The position numbers were made by a program, and so were the translations under genes. A model generated the notes under the pieces. It saw only the letters and a list, made by a program, of their open reading frames with translations, did not search any database and was not told the DNA's origin. From Chlorokybus atmophyticus (lineage: Eukaryota > Plantae > Mesostigma and Chlorokybus algae), in the NCBI GenBank assembly GCA_009103225.1, contig RHPI01001412.1:101840-165839 (forward strand): a DNA stretch of 64,000 nt, in the 5' to 3' direction. Position 1 is the first letter of the stretch. Each line of letters opens with the position of its first letter. Positions 44,850 to 58,745 of the stretch are shown here, piece by piece.

Positions 44850-47800
44850 ATGGCGGCGACAGCGGCGTCGGCGTCCGTCTCCGGGGCGCCATGGGCGCAT
44901 GCGACTCTGCCCTCAGAGCTCAGAAAGCCACGTGGTGTTGTTTCTCAAAAGAGCACCCCCGCAGCAGCGCAAGCATGCTGCTGCGCACCTGCCAGGAGGC
45001 GCCTCCGGCTCCGCCGACGCCGCGGCCGGCAAGCGGGCTGCGACGCAACTGCTGGCGATCATGACAGCGGTGAGTGCAACTCCTTAACATGCAGGTATTC
45101 TTGCTTGCATGCTCACTACGTTCGTTGCTGACAGCTATGCTGCCAACCAGCCAACTAGCATGCAGCTTGATCTGGAGGTTGCAATAAACCAGCCAGCATG
45201 CTTCATGCGCATTGTGAGTTCAGGCTGACAGATTGGGTTTGGCGCATTGTGACACTCAACATGCTGTCAAACTCTTGCAAGAATACGGTGCTTCATTCTT
45301 GCCGAACTCCCTTAGGACGACATGCATTCGCAGCATTCTTCCCCACACACATTATGGACAGTTGTTAAGGACAAATTTACATTGCCTGTCCTATTGCGAG
45401 TCTTAAAGCTCTGCATGACATGTCTGTAACTGAGAGGATGAGTGCACACCTGCACTTGGCACTTGAATGCATTGCATGATGCAGGCGCTGAAGCTAGCAC
45501 CAGTCAGGCCTCCGACAAAGAGAGCTGGGACCGATGGAACAGCAGCGCCTATGAAGAAAACGAAGGCAATGAGGTAACGAGGTGACAGTACAACACTACA
45601 TCGCGCATGTATTGAAGGAAAACCGCGCTGGACGACATCACTGGTGACATATGCATTTGCATTACGTCTGCCCATCACCACCAAGTAGCGTGGTAGAACA
45701 GTTCATCATCTCGATGTTGGCGCGCGCACTCGTGCGCAACTACACACAGCGCATGCACGGACCCGACTCCAATGCACCTTCAAGGACTTAAAGAAGCAGC
45801 ATGCATCTCGTCATTGATTATTTCACGTTGGCTCCTGAAACTACCGGATAATCCATCTGTTTACTTTTGTTTTGACATCCTTCAGGATGATCAGATTGGA
45901 CCTTTTGGTCTCGTGGATCATGAGCATGCCGCGGTGGATTACCTTGGAGAGTCGACGGAAGGCAATCTACACATGCGCGACTTCCAAGATTATAACAATG
46001 AAGGTGCGTGCCAAGCCGGCAGCAACTTTTTCTGTGTACATGACAACAAGTGTACCCTGTCTCACCAGTTGTAGACAACAAGCGAACACAAGTGACGACA
46101 CCTACAAACACTTGCACTACTGTACATATGCCCTCACGTGCGCATGCGCGTATAAATACATGCGTACAAGCGTGCAAACATTGGGTGGGTACATGCGCAC
46201 TCAGCCCAACTACATGCGTATACATCTGGTTATTCATATGCACGGATACATGTGAGTTGTATCATAAACGTGTGCGCACGTGGTTCTTGTGATTCTGTCC
46301 AAAGCTTGAGGTCTGCGTTTCTCAAGTATACAGGTTGGATACGTTGTTAAGTCACCGACAGATCTACTGGGACCCTCCTAGATGTGCCTACACTGACATG
46401 CTTGTGTGCAGAACCACAGTCCTTGGACAGCGTGCAGCAGGAACTCGATGATGCCATCGACTTGCTGCGGCAGATTGATCTGAATGTACGCTTTGCACAT
46501 GAGGATCACAATCACAGCACTGTTATATACACATTTTTTTGCTTGTCGTAACAAGTTGTAGTTCTTACAATGCGACTCTCAACAGACTCCAGTATCGCTG
46601 GAAGAGGTCGGCTCCCGGGGCATTTTCTGCAGCAGGACGCTGAATCTGCGGTCAATATCCACAATCGGTTATGATATGGACTACACCCTTGTGCACTACT
46701 ACGTGGAGGTGAGCTCAATTGTGACAATCAGTTCACTAGAAAAAACATTACATGCTGCATTGTTGCAACAGTACTACTGCAGCGCAGTAAGCAAGCAGTA
46801 GCAAACATAGTGCTGGCATATCTTTGTTCAACGTTTGTATACGACATCACAATACGATGCGAGCAAGAGCTAATGGTATCAAAACAAAGGGACTCTCATC
46901 TTGATTGTTGCCATTACTGGCACTACAAAACGAACAACCCCATGATGGACATATTTGGACACTTGATAGACTGCTGTGTGTGCACAACAGTCTATTGAGT
47001 CACAATACACGGCTTCTTCAGGACTTATGTGTGATTCATAAATGACAGCATGCAACGCGCTGTCGAAGACAGCAACATATTGAATGCAGCACCTCTGCCG
47101 CCAATCGGTCACAATAATGGTTACAACTACACGCACGCCCACATGCATATGATCATGCACACATGTATACACCTGCACCCCAGGCATGGGAGGGGCGCGC
47201 GTACGACTACGGCATGCAGATGCTGCGAGAGATGGGTTGTCGCACTGATGGCCTCGCGTTTGATCCAGGCCTTGTCATCCGCGGCCTGGTCATGGACACC
47301 GAGCTCGGCAACCTGGTCAAGGCTGACCGCTTTGGATACGTGAAGAGGGCCATGCACGGCACCCACATGCTTAGCCACCGCTCCATCAGGTACGCATAGC
47401 GTTTGAAAGGTGGTGTGCTTTGGTTTAATTATTGACTATGCGTTGGTTATCGTGGCCTGGTTGGCTTAGACACTGAACCCATAGAGACAATGTGAGATGT
47501 AGCTGCCCAACTACATGTTGTACACATGTAATGTGCGTGCGTGTGTGTTGTGTTGTGTGTGTGTGGTGGTGGGGAGGAAGCGGNNNNNNNNNNNNNNNNN
47601 NNNNNNNNNNNNNNNNNNNNNNNNNNNNNNNNNNNNNNNNNNNNNNNNNNNNNNNNNNNNNNNNNNNNNNNNNNNNNNNNNNNNNNNNNNNNNNNNNNNN
47701 NNNNNNNNNNNNNNNNNNNNNNNNNNNNNNNNNNNNNNNNNNNNNGGCGGCGCGGGGTAGCACTCAGCATGTAGCATTCATAGCAGCTTCGAGTCACCCA

Positions 47801-50800
47801 TGCTTTGATTTAATGCCTTGACAGCGAGGTGTACGGTCGTGAGCTGGTGGACCTGAGGAACGAGGGCAGGTGGCTCTTCCTCAACACGCTGTTCAGCGTG
47901 AGCGAGGCCGTAATGTACATGCAGATGGTGGAGAGGCTAGATGAAGGCGCGCTGCCGTCAGGTAAGGGAGCAAGCAGCCTGTTTGAATCATATGCTGTTT
48001 GACAGACAATAGGATATTGCCAAATGCTCCTGGTGTTGGTCAATGCACAAGGAATAGATGCCATCTGGGGTTGTTATGTTCCATTCTTCTTGATGTGCAC
48101 TACTTCTTGGTCGTCTTTTTGTTCTTGTCTTGTCTTGTAACTTAGTCCACGTACTAATCTTATGGTGTGCCCTTGCCGCAGTTGCCAACTAGCGTGTTGC
48201 TCGTGTCAGTTGCTTGTGTCTTTGTATGTTTGCGTCGTTGTTGTGTCCAATCACACTGTTCCATTGTTGTACTCAGTTGTCCGATCATGCAAGCGCATCT
48301 GCAAGTGATCATGCAGGTTGTATTGAGGCTCTTCACAACCGTAGTGTGCTGCAGATATTGCTTCCCTCTCCTACAAGGGTCTGTACAATCTAGTTGCAAA
48401 GGCGCTGTTCCGCGCGCATGTGGAGGGCAACCTGAAAGCGGAGATCATGGCGGACCCAGGCAGGTTTGTCGACGCGGACCCGGACGCCCCGCTGGCCCTC
48501 CTCGACCAGAAGCGTGCCGGGAAGCGCCTCGTGCTCATCACCAACAGCGACTACGAGTACACTGACCGCATGATGACATATGCATACACTAGGTAAGAGG
48601 CGTGCGTCTGTGCGCGCTGGCACGCGGATGTGCGCATGTGTGCACCTGTCCGCACATATCTGCAGATGGAGCATGTGCGGGCGCGCACGCATGCACGCGG
48701 CCTCGTGTGTATGTGTTTGCGTGTGCACGTGCATACGTGCGTGTGCTCCGTTTGTGCGTGTGAACACGCGCGCAGACATGGGCATGGACACGCGTGCGTG
48801 CGTGCGTGCGTGTTTGTTGTGCAACGCACTTGTGCATGATGTTGTCTACATTGTGTGTATTCTGTAACAGTGGTGTAGCACTGACATGATGTTGTACTAC
48901 TGCAAGGTACCTGCCCGACGGTATGACTTGGAGGAGCCTGTTTGACATGGTGATCGTGTCCGCGAGAAAGCCCGAGTTCTTCACCAGCAGCAACATGCCC
49001 TTGTATGAGGTCGTCACTGAGGATGGCCTCATGCGGCCTTGCTACCGCGCCAAGCCGGGTACATGTCGTCGCAATGTTATGCAATGCGCCCATAACGGTC
49101 TAATGCGCTTGCAGTGCATCAAAAGTTCTTCTGCATTGCACGCCCCTGTAGGACTGTCTGCAGGGCTTTGTTGCGTTTGTAAGTGGAACGTGGACTACGT
49201 CATACAACGTACAAATCAATGACCCCTTTGTATCATTGCCGTGTAGCTTACTCACATGCATGCATGCAATGCTAGTTGTTGGAGGTAGCTGGCATGGAAG
49301 TTTCAGGAACTGGGGCGCCTATGCAGGTGGTCTGTACAATGGAGGTTGCGCTGCACAGGTGGAGCGCGCGCTGGATATAAGTGGGGATGAAACCATGTAT
49401 GTGGGTGATCACATCTATACAGGTGCGTTGCTGTTGCTTGCATGCATCCCAGCCAGCTCATGGTATAAGTGCAGCGCAGTGTCCAAACTTAGAGCATACT
49501 TACAGCACACTGACTTGACTTGCTGCAGATGTGAACTCGGCTAAGACGCACTTGCGATGGCGGACGGCTTTGATCTGCCGGGAGCTTGAGCATGAAGTAC
49601 AGGTCTGATGGTGTTGAGCTTTGTGTTGAACACGAGCTGTGCTTGAGGCGCCAATGGATCAAACCCCTGTTCGTTGATGGTGCCTTTAGCCTCAGTCTGA
49701 CTGGCTTTTTGTGCAGGCGCTCACGCAGGGACGGTATCATCGCGAAGAGCTGCAGCGGCTGATGCTGCAGAAGGCAGCATTTGGGGATGCTTTCAACCAG
49801 GTACTTGTTGCAAGCTTTTGTTGTTGATTTGAATGTTGTTGGCCCGGTGGTGTGCTGTTCACGCAGGAATGATGACTTAATTGAGCAGCGTATGCTCAGT
49901 CAATGAACATGTATGCGAGCAATCAACAAGTCGAGCAGTTAACCATTCCAGTAGTCATTTGGCACGGCTGGCTCAATGATGGATTGCTAAACCTTGCTTA
50001 TTAACTGCTTAAAAACGATGTAGCAACGGATCAACAACTCAAACAGTGAAGTAATCAAGGGCTGGAGGACTTGGTGTTGGTTGTTGGCTTGATGGTTTGT
50101 TCGACTAATTGATGCTGTTGGGCAGTTTCGGCTGCTGCTGCAGCGTGCGCAAGCCACGGGCGAGGAGCATCCGTGGGCGGAGCAGGTGACGTCGCAGATG
50201 TCCAGGCTGCTCCTTGTCATGGACGAGCTCGACGAGCGCATAGCGCCAATGCTCGAGGAGGACGGATGGCACTTCAACCAGCGATGGGGCTACCTGTCAA
50301 GGTGGTTTTTTCTTGTTGACTTGTGAAGTTGTGTGTCACTGCTGCTGTGATGAAGTTTGATGCGTGTGTGCATGCACGGGTGTTAGGTTGTGTGTGCGCA
50401 AGCATGTGCGTGTGCAATTAGTACTGAACTATCACACAGGTCAGGGCTCAATGACAAGAGTCACCTTACGAGGCAGATCGAAAAGTACGCCGACATATAC
50501 ACCTCAAGAGTCTCCAACTTCTTGCGATACACTCCGTTCATGTACTTCCGATCACCCAGCCAGGTGAGTGATGGTTTGGCATGCCATGTGGAATTGAAAC
50601 CATTGTCGAGCTATACAGCATGTGGATGTATGTGCATGTGTATGAGTGTGTCCGGGCATGCCTGTGTGCGTGAGTGCTGGCTTGCTTGCAAGTGCTTCTC
50701 CTGACCATAGCAAGTGTGCTAACCAACCCCATTGCTGGCAGTCCCTTGCACATGATCCCTACTCAACAGAAGACTATCAGTCAGACACTGAGGGCTATGA

Positions 50801-50888
50801 ACCGGTTATGCTGGAGTCGTCGCTTCAGACGAATGGTAAGGGCAAGTGTGTACGTGCTTACTGTAAACAATGGTACTTCATGTATTGA
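44850..50888 (+). CDS. HAD-superfamily IG 5'-nucleotidase (cytosolic purine 5'-nucleotidase-like), multi-exon, possibly organelle-targeted
   Basis: Spliced exons give IFCSRTLNLRSISTIGYDMDYTLVHY (motif I), GLVMDTELGNLVKADRFGYV, LNTLFSVSE, LITNSDYEYT, RKPEFF, YVGDHIYTD, WRTALICRELE, RQIEKYADIYTSRVSNFL, SLAHD. The N-terminal exon is Ala/Ser/Arg-rich. The last exon boundary is uncertain. Confidence 0.9.
47584..47745. other. Assembly gap (N run) inside an intron
   Basis: 162 consecutive N. Confidence 1.
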
Positions 50889-51512
50889 CTCCTGCAGGAA
50901 CATCACATGCATCTTCTCATGAGTCGGAGGAAAACATACCCAAGGAAGAGATGAAGCACGCAGCGTCTGCCAAATATGAGTTGAAACAGACACTGCAATG
51001 ATGTCAATGCAACCGAGTAGCAATGAAACTCTGGGTTTGTGCGACTTGTTGAAGTGGTCTCTGCATCCGGTGCCATACCTTGCATGCGTTCTGAGCGCAC
51101 TAACTCAATGAGTAGTACAGCCTGGTTGTGACTAACACATATATCCGTGCTAGGTGTGTCTTGGTTCACCCGCATCGGCTTGCCACTGTCATATAGCTTC
51201 CCACTTTCTCGCGATTGTACTGCCAAAATGAAACTCTTGCAGCGCTGCCTCAGCCTGTCAGTAGTAAAGCCGTTGGTATGTGCACAGGGCTACAACATTC
51301 CTGCCTAGCTCGCAACCTGCCTTGCCACCCTGCTGCACATTCATGTGAAGGACTGCTATTCATAGTAAATGCCGAATCACACATGGTTATGAGCACACAG
51401 GGTTTTAGGTAGAAGATATTTAGGTTTAAATACATGTATAAACAAATAAAGCAGAAAAGCCGCGCATGCTAGCTGATAGCTAGTCACATGTACTTATGGG
51501 GTCTCTGCCGTA

Positions 51513-52373
51513 CTACTTATCAACAATTTCAACAGCTTGTTCCGTCTTCACTCGCTTGGCAACTGTCCAAACCTGGATCTCATCATCCTCATCGCTGTCA
51601 CCTGTGAGATCATATACCCTATTGTCGTCACCATGAACACGCCTCCTCGCAGGCGTGTCCACTTTCACCCGGTTGACGGGAGCTGCAGCAACAACATTGC
51701 CTTCTTGCAAAGCAGCTGGCAGCAGCTTTGCATGTTGCGGGTTGGTTCGAGACAACACGCCACGCAACAACAACACCTCCGCTGTTTCAAGATGAAGCAC
51801 ATATGACCCGAGACTCCGCCCACATATGGAACTGTGACTTTGTCGCTTGGGAGGATTGATGATTTTGTCACCCGCAGCAGTAACAAGCGAAGTCGCTTGA
51901 AAGAATTTCTTTCCGTTGGGTTTCTCCACGCTCGTCATCGAAGCAGGCGTGTCCACATAGCCAGTGACGGGTCTGAGGAATTGGCCTGTCTCCACACAAC
52001 ATGTAATTTTGATCACGCCTGCGTGCGTGTCGCTCGCTTCACCGAACCCAGCAGCCTTCGGTGAAGCAAAGATGAACTGTTGATAATCTGAATGATCCGC
52101 TGCTGTGCGCCAGCCTTTGAACTTCACCGGTTGGCTGTGATAACTGGTATAATAGGTAGAAAGTGGCTTGCCGTCGATGTGGACCTTCACAACAACCGGC
52201 TCGTCCGTGTGTAAAGAGTTGCGACACGCCGTCGGGCAGCAGTGAATCTTGAAGCTGCCTCCTGGGGACCCGATGACGTATGTCTTGTCGGCATGCGTGA
52301 CCTCCGGATAAGCGTTGCCGTGCGGGTCAAGCAGTTGAACTGTCAACTCGCAATCTTCGTTCTGCCACTTCAT
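51513..52373 (-). CDS. DUF7918-like uncharacterised protein, intact copy (286 aa)
   Basis: MKWQNEDCELTVQLLD...VVKVHIDGK...FKGW...FIF...AGVIKI...SLGSYVLHLETAEVLLLRGVL...VYDLTGDSDEDDE...VKTE; ATG directly after an acceptor-like gtgtgacag. Confidence 0.8.
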   Translation of the reverse strand: MKWQNEDCELTVQLLDPHGNAYPEVTHADKTYVIGSPGGSFKIHCCPTACRNSLHTDEPVVVKVHIDGKPLSTYYTSYHSQPVKFKGWRTAADHSDYQQFIFASPKAAGFGEASDTHAGVIKITCCVETGQFLRPVTGYVDTPASMTSVEKPNGKKFFQATSLVTAAGDKIINPPKRQSHSSICGRSLGSYVLHLETAEVLLLRGVLSRTNPQHAKLLPAALQEGNVVAAAPVNRVKVDTPARRRVHGDDNRVYDLTGDSDEDDEIQVWTVAKRVKTEQAVEIVDK

Positions 52374-54559
52374 CTCTCTGCTGTCACACACGCAAACACA
52401 CATCAGTAGGAAATTGCTATCTAAGAATGGAATACGCATGCATCTACTGCTTCTGCGCCACGCAACCATCTACTTGGTTGTTTGCTTGTGCAGCTCTCTC
52501 GATTGTTGTCAGCTATAGCATAGTTGCAAGCGTTGACAGCTGAAAGCGCAAGTTGTACGCTGATTGCAGGACACGCAAACCCGCATGCATTTGCTGTGTA
52601 TATGATGTTGCACGATGTCATGTCCTGCAATGACACCAACCCGCAAGCATGGCAAACGACTTTCAGCATGACAACAACGCTGCTAACCAGCTTGCACAAG
52701 CAGCTGCACAACTTGTGTCAAACAAGACACAGTTTGGTACACAACTTGTAGCTGTAGCTGGAGGCTGGTGTATAGGCTGATGATGATGCTAATGCCAGGG
52801 GACAAAACGCGCGTACACGCATCACGCACGCACGCACGCACGCACGCACGCAGACCCAAGACATCAAGAACGTCCCACAGTTCAACTTTAACGTTCAGTA
52901 TTAGAATCTCGTAAGTGACTCAGACCGCGACAAGAGTTGCAAGCAGCTTTGTCTTAGAATCAAGACTACTTGAACAGTCTAGAAGGAAAGCAAAGCTGTG
53001 CACTGAATGTTTCACTGGTGACTACTGCATATGGTGTTTTGTGTTTGCTGGCAAATGCCAACACGCATGCAAGCGTGCGCGAAACATTGACAGTGACGAC
53101 AAATGCATGCCGTGAACGGCGGCCTAGAGAATGCACACAGTAGGCAGTCCAAACAAGCAATCAAGCATCATGCCGAAGCCTCAGAAACGCCTTGCAAGCT
53201 GCACCGCACACAGACGAGGCCAGACCTTACCTAGAGAGGCAGCAGGCTCAAGGGCCGCCCACGCCTCACTAGAACCCCCATGCGTTCGTTGCTTGGCAAC
53301 CCAGCATTCTACACTTCTTATTGTTTAAAAGGCTCCTACGCTTCGTATACCTCCGCCTCCTCCTCTTTCTCCTCCGCCACCTCCGCCGCCGCCGCCGCCG
53401 CCGCCGTCACGTTGCCAGGCACGTGGTAACGCATACCGACAAGACAGCAGCTGCGTTTTCGCGACTCCTAACGCTGCAGACATTGCCAATAACGTAAGCC
53501 AGCTGCTCGGACTCACGGCAGTTACGCCTGTCATGTTAGGATCGCAGCGTTCAAACCTTGGCGGGAAAGAAGCTACGCTGCTTGCCTCTGTCGTTGACGT
53601 TGGCGATGATGGCGGCGGCGGCGGCGGCGGCCAGGAGATTGTTTGCAGGTGAGAGCTAAAAGTGACTGACTGCTTCGTGTGTGCGCGTGCGCTCGTGTGC
53701 GTGCGTCCCCAGACGTGCATGTCTGCGTGTCCCGGCTACCGTCCATACCCTCAGCCAAGTACTGACGCAGTAGTCAACGTGCAGTATGCACTACTGCGGG
53801 CATGTACCATATCTTCATTGCGCAAAGCCCTTGATCCAATGTTGCGCACCACAGCACGCATGCATGCCAACGGCAGGGCATGAGCTGCGGGTGCACAAAG
53901 TCAAGGCTGTGCTGAAGAGTCAGCACTGGCGAGTGTACGAACACAGGCTGTGTTACGACGATGTTGTTACATGTATATGCATGCGTGCGCGAGGGAATAT
54001 GTGTTGCTACTTTTTGTATTAGAGGGTGCACGCTGTATATGCCCGTGTACAGATGTATATAGATGCGTACGCTCTCTTCTACTGAAGGGTATGGCACATT
54101 CAGCCTGTGTACATCAAGCAAAGTCACACCGGGGCACGTGCGCTTGCATGCCTGCTTAAATGCATCACTCACAGGTAAGCGATTGGAGACCGACTGCAAC
54201 ACTTGTATTGCAGAATGTTGTGGTTGTGTGCGGGCGGGCGGTCGGGCAGAACGAGTAGTACCTGCGTGGTAACAATAGAACACAGGCTGTAACAACTGCA
54301 TGCCGTGCTCGCAATGTGCCTCAACTGAGGACCACGCGCTGCAGTACAGTCACAGCCAAGCATACTCCATTTCTGTTGAGTTGTGTATAAGTGATTGGGT
54401 CATGACCCAACGATGAGGTATGCAAGCCTGGTTGTGACATACTCACAATGGTAATGCACAAGGATGGCACACATATACGGTTACCCTTCATCACTACAGT
54501 CACTACAATGCCAATTTCTAGGGGACTTACATACACTTGTACACAGCTGCACTGTTATC

Positions 54560-54835
54560 AAAGCTCGACAACTTGATTTTCCATTCTTACTCGCTCACCA
54601 ACAGTCCACACCTGTATGTCATCCTCCTCGACGCTGTCACCGGTGAGGTCATGTACTCAGTCATGGTAGACACGCCACCTTCGCGGGCGCCTCCACCGTG
54701 ACCCGGTTGATGGCTGCCGCAGCGCATTGGGAGGCAACAACGACAGCCTTGCCATCAACATTGCCAATCCGCAAGGCAAGTGGCAGCAGCTGCGTGTGTG
54801 CAAAGTTGGCACGCAACAAGACGCCTCGCAACATA
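54560..54835 (-). pseudogene. DUF7918-like family C-terminal fragment
   Basis: RGVLLRANFAHTQLLPLAL...DLTGDSVEEDDIQVW homology. Confidence 0.75.
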
Positions 54836-55165
54836 ACCACGTCATATTGCTTGCCACCTTTGTGGCTGTGCTAGCATAAACTGATAAACTTGCAACATTG
54901 TCTCAACCTGTTAGCGAAGCCATTGCAACGCGCACAGGGCTACAGCCTTGTAGCCTAGCTGGCAACATGCCTTGCCGCCACCCTGATGCTCGTTCATATC
55001 AAGGTGACCACAACTTATGCTGAATGCTACATTACACAGGGTTGTGAGCAAAACGGGTTGAGGTAGAAAGAACTCTGATATATGTACAATGTATACATAT
55101 AAAGCAAATAAGCTACGCAATGCCAGCTGACAGCTAGTCACAGGTTCTATGGGGTCCCTGCCATA

Positions 55166-56035
55166 CTAGTTGTCCACAACTTCCACAACTTGTTCCATCT
55201 TCACTCGCTTGGCCACCGTCCAAACCGCCTGGATCTCATCATCCTCATCGCTGTCACCTGTGAGATCATATTCCCTACTATTGTCATGAACACGCCTCCT
55301 TGCAGGCCTGTCCACCTTTATTCGGTTGATGGGAGCTGCACATGGGGCTGCAGCAACAACATTGCCTTCACGCAAAGCAGCTGGCAGCAGCTTCGCGTGT
55401 TGCGGGTTGGTTCGCGACAACACGCCACGCAACAACAACACCTCCGCTGTTTCAAGGTGAAGCACGTATGACCCGAGACTCCGCCCACGTATGGAACTGT
55501 AAATCTGTCGCTTGGGAGGATAACTTATTTTGTCACCCGCAGCGGTTACCAGTGACGTTCCCTGGAAGAATTTCTTTCCGTTGGGTTTATCCACGCTTGT
55601 TGTTGAAGCAGGCGTGTCCACACTGCTGCCCATGCTGGGATATTTACCTGTCTCAACACAACATGTGATTTTTATCACGCCGGCATGTGCGTCGCTGGCT
55701 TCACCCAACCCAGCAGCCGTAGGTAAAGCAAAGATGAACCTTTGATACTCTGAAAAATCCGCTGCTGTGCGCCAGCCCTCGAACTTGACCGGTTGGCTGA
55801 GACGACTGGTAAAAGTGTAAGCAAGCTTCTTGCCATCAATTTGGACATCAACAACGACTGGCTCGGCCGTCTGTAAAGAGTTGCGACGCGCCGTCGGGCA
55901 GCATTCGATGACAAAGCTGGCTCCGGGGGACCCGATGACATACGTCTTATTGTTGTGCGTGACCTCCGGATATGCGTTGCCGTGCGTGTCAAGCAGCTGA
56001 ACTGTCAGCTCGCAATCTGCGCTCTGCCACTTCAT
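55166..56035 (-). CDS. DUF7918-like uncharacterised protein, intact copy (289 aa)
   Basis: MKWQSADCELTVQLLDTHGNAYPEVTHNNKTYVIGSPG...EYDLTGDSDEDDE...VKME; tandem paralog of 51513-52373 with conserved flanks (about 3.65-kb period). Confidence 0.8.
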   Translation of the reverse strand: MKWQSADCELTVQLLDTHGNAYPEVTHNNKTYVIGSPGASFVIECCPTARRNSLQTAEPVVVDVQIDGKKLAYTFTSRLSQPVKFEGWRTAADFSEYQRFIFALPTAAGLGEASDAHAGVIKITCCVETGKYPSMGSSVDTPASTTSVDKPNGKKFFQGTSLVTAAGDKISYPPKRQIYSSIRGRSLGSYVLHLETAEVLLLRGVLSRTNPQHAKLLPAALREGNVVAAAPCAAPINRIKVDRPARRRVHDNSREYDLTGDSDEDDEIQAVWTVAKRVKMEQVVEVVDN

Positions 56036-57945
56036 CGCTCTGCTGCTGTTACACACGCAAACACACATCAGTAGGAGCCTGCTATCTGAGAATAAGAATA
56101 CGCATGTATCTACCGCAACTTCTGCAACACGCAACCATCTGCTTGGTTATTTGCTTGGGCAGCTCCTTGAATTGTTGTCAGCTATAGCATTGTTGCAAAA
56201 GTTAACAACTGGAAGCGCGAGTTGTATGCTGATGATAGGACACGAACAAACCCGCATGCATTTGCTGTGTGTATGTTGCGTGACGACTGCCAGCACGACA
56301 ACAGCGCTGCTAACCAGCTTGCACAAGCAGCGGGTACAACGTGCCCCAAACAAGACAACTTGGTACACTACTTGTAGCTGTGGCTGGAAGCTGGCGCATA
56401 GGCTGATGATGCTAATGCCAGTGGACAGAACTGCGTACAAACACTCAAACGCATCACGTACGCACGCAGACCCAAGATATAAAGAACTTCCCACAGTTGA
56501 ACTTCAACATCAAGTATTAGAATCTTGTAAGTGACTCAGACCTCTACAAGAGTTGCAAGCAGCTTTGTCGTAGGAACCAAGACTACTTCAACAGCCCAGA
56601 AGGCGTCGCTGAACGCTTAAATACAAAAGCAAAGCTGTGCACTAATTGTTTGACTGGTGACCAATGCATATGGTGCTTAGTTATTTGCTGGCAAATGACT
56701 GCGTGCATGCAAGCGTGCGCAAAACATAGACAGTGACGGCAAATGCATGCATGCCGTGAACGGCGGCCTAGTGAATGCATACAGCAGGCAGTCCAAACAG
56801 GCAAGCACGCACTTTGCGGAAGCCTCAGAAACGCCTTGCAAGCTGCACTGCACACAGACCAGGCCAAACCTTACCTAGAAAGGCATCAAGCTCAAGGGCT
56901 GCCCACGCACTTAGGAACAGCCCCTTGCGTCCGATGATTGCCCAGCATTATCCTGGAATGCCTCCTGCGCTTCCTCCAACTCCGCCTCGTATTCCAGTCC
57001 ACCGCCGCCGCCGCCGCCACCACGTTGCCAGGCACGTGGAAGCGCATGTCACCCCGACAGCAACTGCGCTTCATACTCCTAACGTTGTAGTTTTGGCCTG
57101 ACGTAAGCCATCTTTTATCGTACGGCAGTTATTGCATTTTCACGTTAGAACAGCAGCGTTCAAAACTTGGCGGGAAAGCTGTGCTGCTTGCCTCTGTCGC
57201 TGATGGTGGCAATGATGGTGGCGGCCAGGGAGATGTTTGCCGGTGACCTGTGCCTTGTTGAATGCTTTGTTTGTGTGTGTCAGCGCGTATAAACGCGCGC
57301 ATGTGTGCCAACGATAAAGCTGAGCTGCGCATGTGCACAAAGCAATGGCCTAAGAGTCAGCGCTGGCATGTGTACACATAGAGGCTGTGTTGCAACGTTG
57401 TTGTTACACGTATACGAGTATAGGTATGCTTGTGGGAGTATGTGTTGCTTACTATATTTACCAGAGGGTATGGTATCTTCAGCCTGTCTATAACAAGCAA
57501 AGTGGCAGCTGGGCGCGTGCGCTTGCATGCATGCATACTTAAGTGCACGACTCACAGGCAAGAATTGGAAACTAGCTGCACTACTTATAGTGGTTGAGAA
57601 TGCCACATGCAAGCGGATTAGCATAACCTGCGTGGTAGCAATGCAATAAGCCGCTTATGCATGTCAAGGCTTGACAACTTGCCTTGAGTGATCACCACGC
57701 ACTGCAGCAGAGTCACCACGACAGTCATACGCACGTGATCCATTTTTGTTGATGTCATCAGTACATGTGGTATGCAAGCTGGTTGTGCCACAAGCGCAAT
57801 GGTAGTGCACAAGGACTACACACATATATAGTTATCCTTACTTAAGAGGAGATAAACTCTACAAGGAGGCATATATAACTGCGATGTGGTCACTGCAATA
57901 CTTTTAAGAGACTCATATATACAGTCATACATGGCTGCACTGTTG

Positions 57946-58745
57946 TCAAAGCTCGACAACTTGCTTCTGTTTATGCTCGCTTACCATCAGTCTACACCTG
58001 TATCTCATCATCCTCGTCACCATCACCGGTGAGGTCATGTACTCTGTCATGATGGACACCGCTTTGCGGGCGCCTCGACTTTCACACAGTTTAAGGGAGT
58101 AGCAGCGCTGGGAGGCAATAACATCAATTGTGCCAACTTGCAAAGCTGATGGCAGCAGTTGCGCGTGTGCAGGGTTGGCCCGCGACAAGATGCCTCGCAA
58201 CAGCAACACTTCCGCTGTTTCAACGCGCAGCGAGAAGGACCCCAATTCACGTCCATGCATCACCCGATAGGACGTTCTTGGTGGGTAGCTGATTCTGTCA
58301 CCGGCATCAGTGAATGAGGCCGCGTGGAAGAATTTCTTACCAGTCAGTTTTTCGATGCTCTTTGTGGTCAGCATGTCCACACGGGGCGAAGGAGAAGGAG
58401 TGAAACCCAAGTGTACATAGCACGTTATATCGTAATGCCGCCGTGCGTGTCGCTCGCTTTGACTGACTCAGCAGCATCCGGCAAAGAGAAAACAAAGCGC
58501 TTAAATTCAGAAAAGTCTGCAACAGTGCGCCAAGCCTGGAACCCGACTGCTTTGCCTTGAAGGCTCATGGGAGTGTACGAGAGCTGTGTGCCATCAATGG
58601 TAACTTTGAAATCAACTGCCTCATGCGTGTGTTGAGACATTTTGCAGGCCATTGCACCGCACTAAATCTCAAGCTGGCTCTAGGTGACCCGATGACGTAC
58701 GTCTTGTTGTTATGCGTCACCTCCGGGTGCGCATTGCCTTTGCCT
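57946..58745 (-). pseudogene. DUF7918-like family copy (frameshifted, 5' deleted)
   Basis: GNAHPEVTHNNKTYVIGSP; VTIDGTQL; GKKFFHAASFTDAGDRI; ELGSFSLRVETAEVLLLRGILSRANP. Confidence 0.85.

Noticed and set aside
47425-47821. ORFs containing X runs
   Set aside because: Artefacts of the 162-N assembly gap.
52374-52469. N-terminal extensions of the 318-aa and 322-aa ORF calls (also 56036-56134)
   Set aside because: They contain branch-point/acceptor-like intron sequence; the conserved start across paralogs is MKWQ.
53340-53640. Poly-GCC / poly-Pro or poly-Gly ORFs
   Set aside because: Low-complexity trinucleotide tracts in repeated 5' modules, not evidence of proteins.
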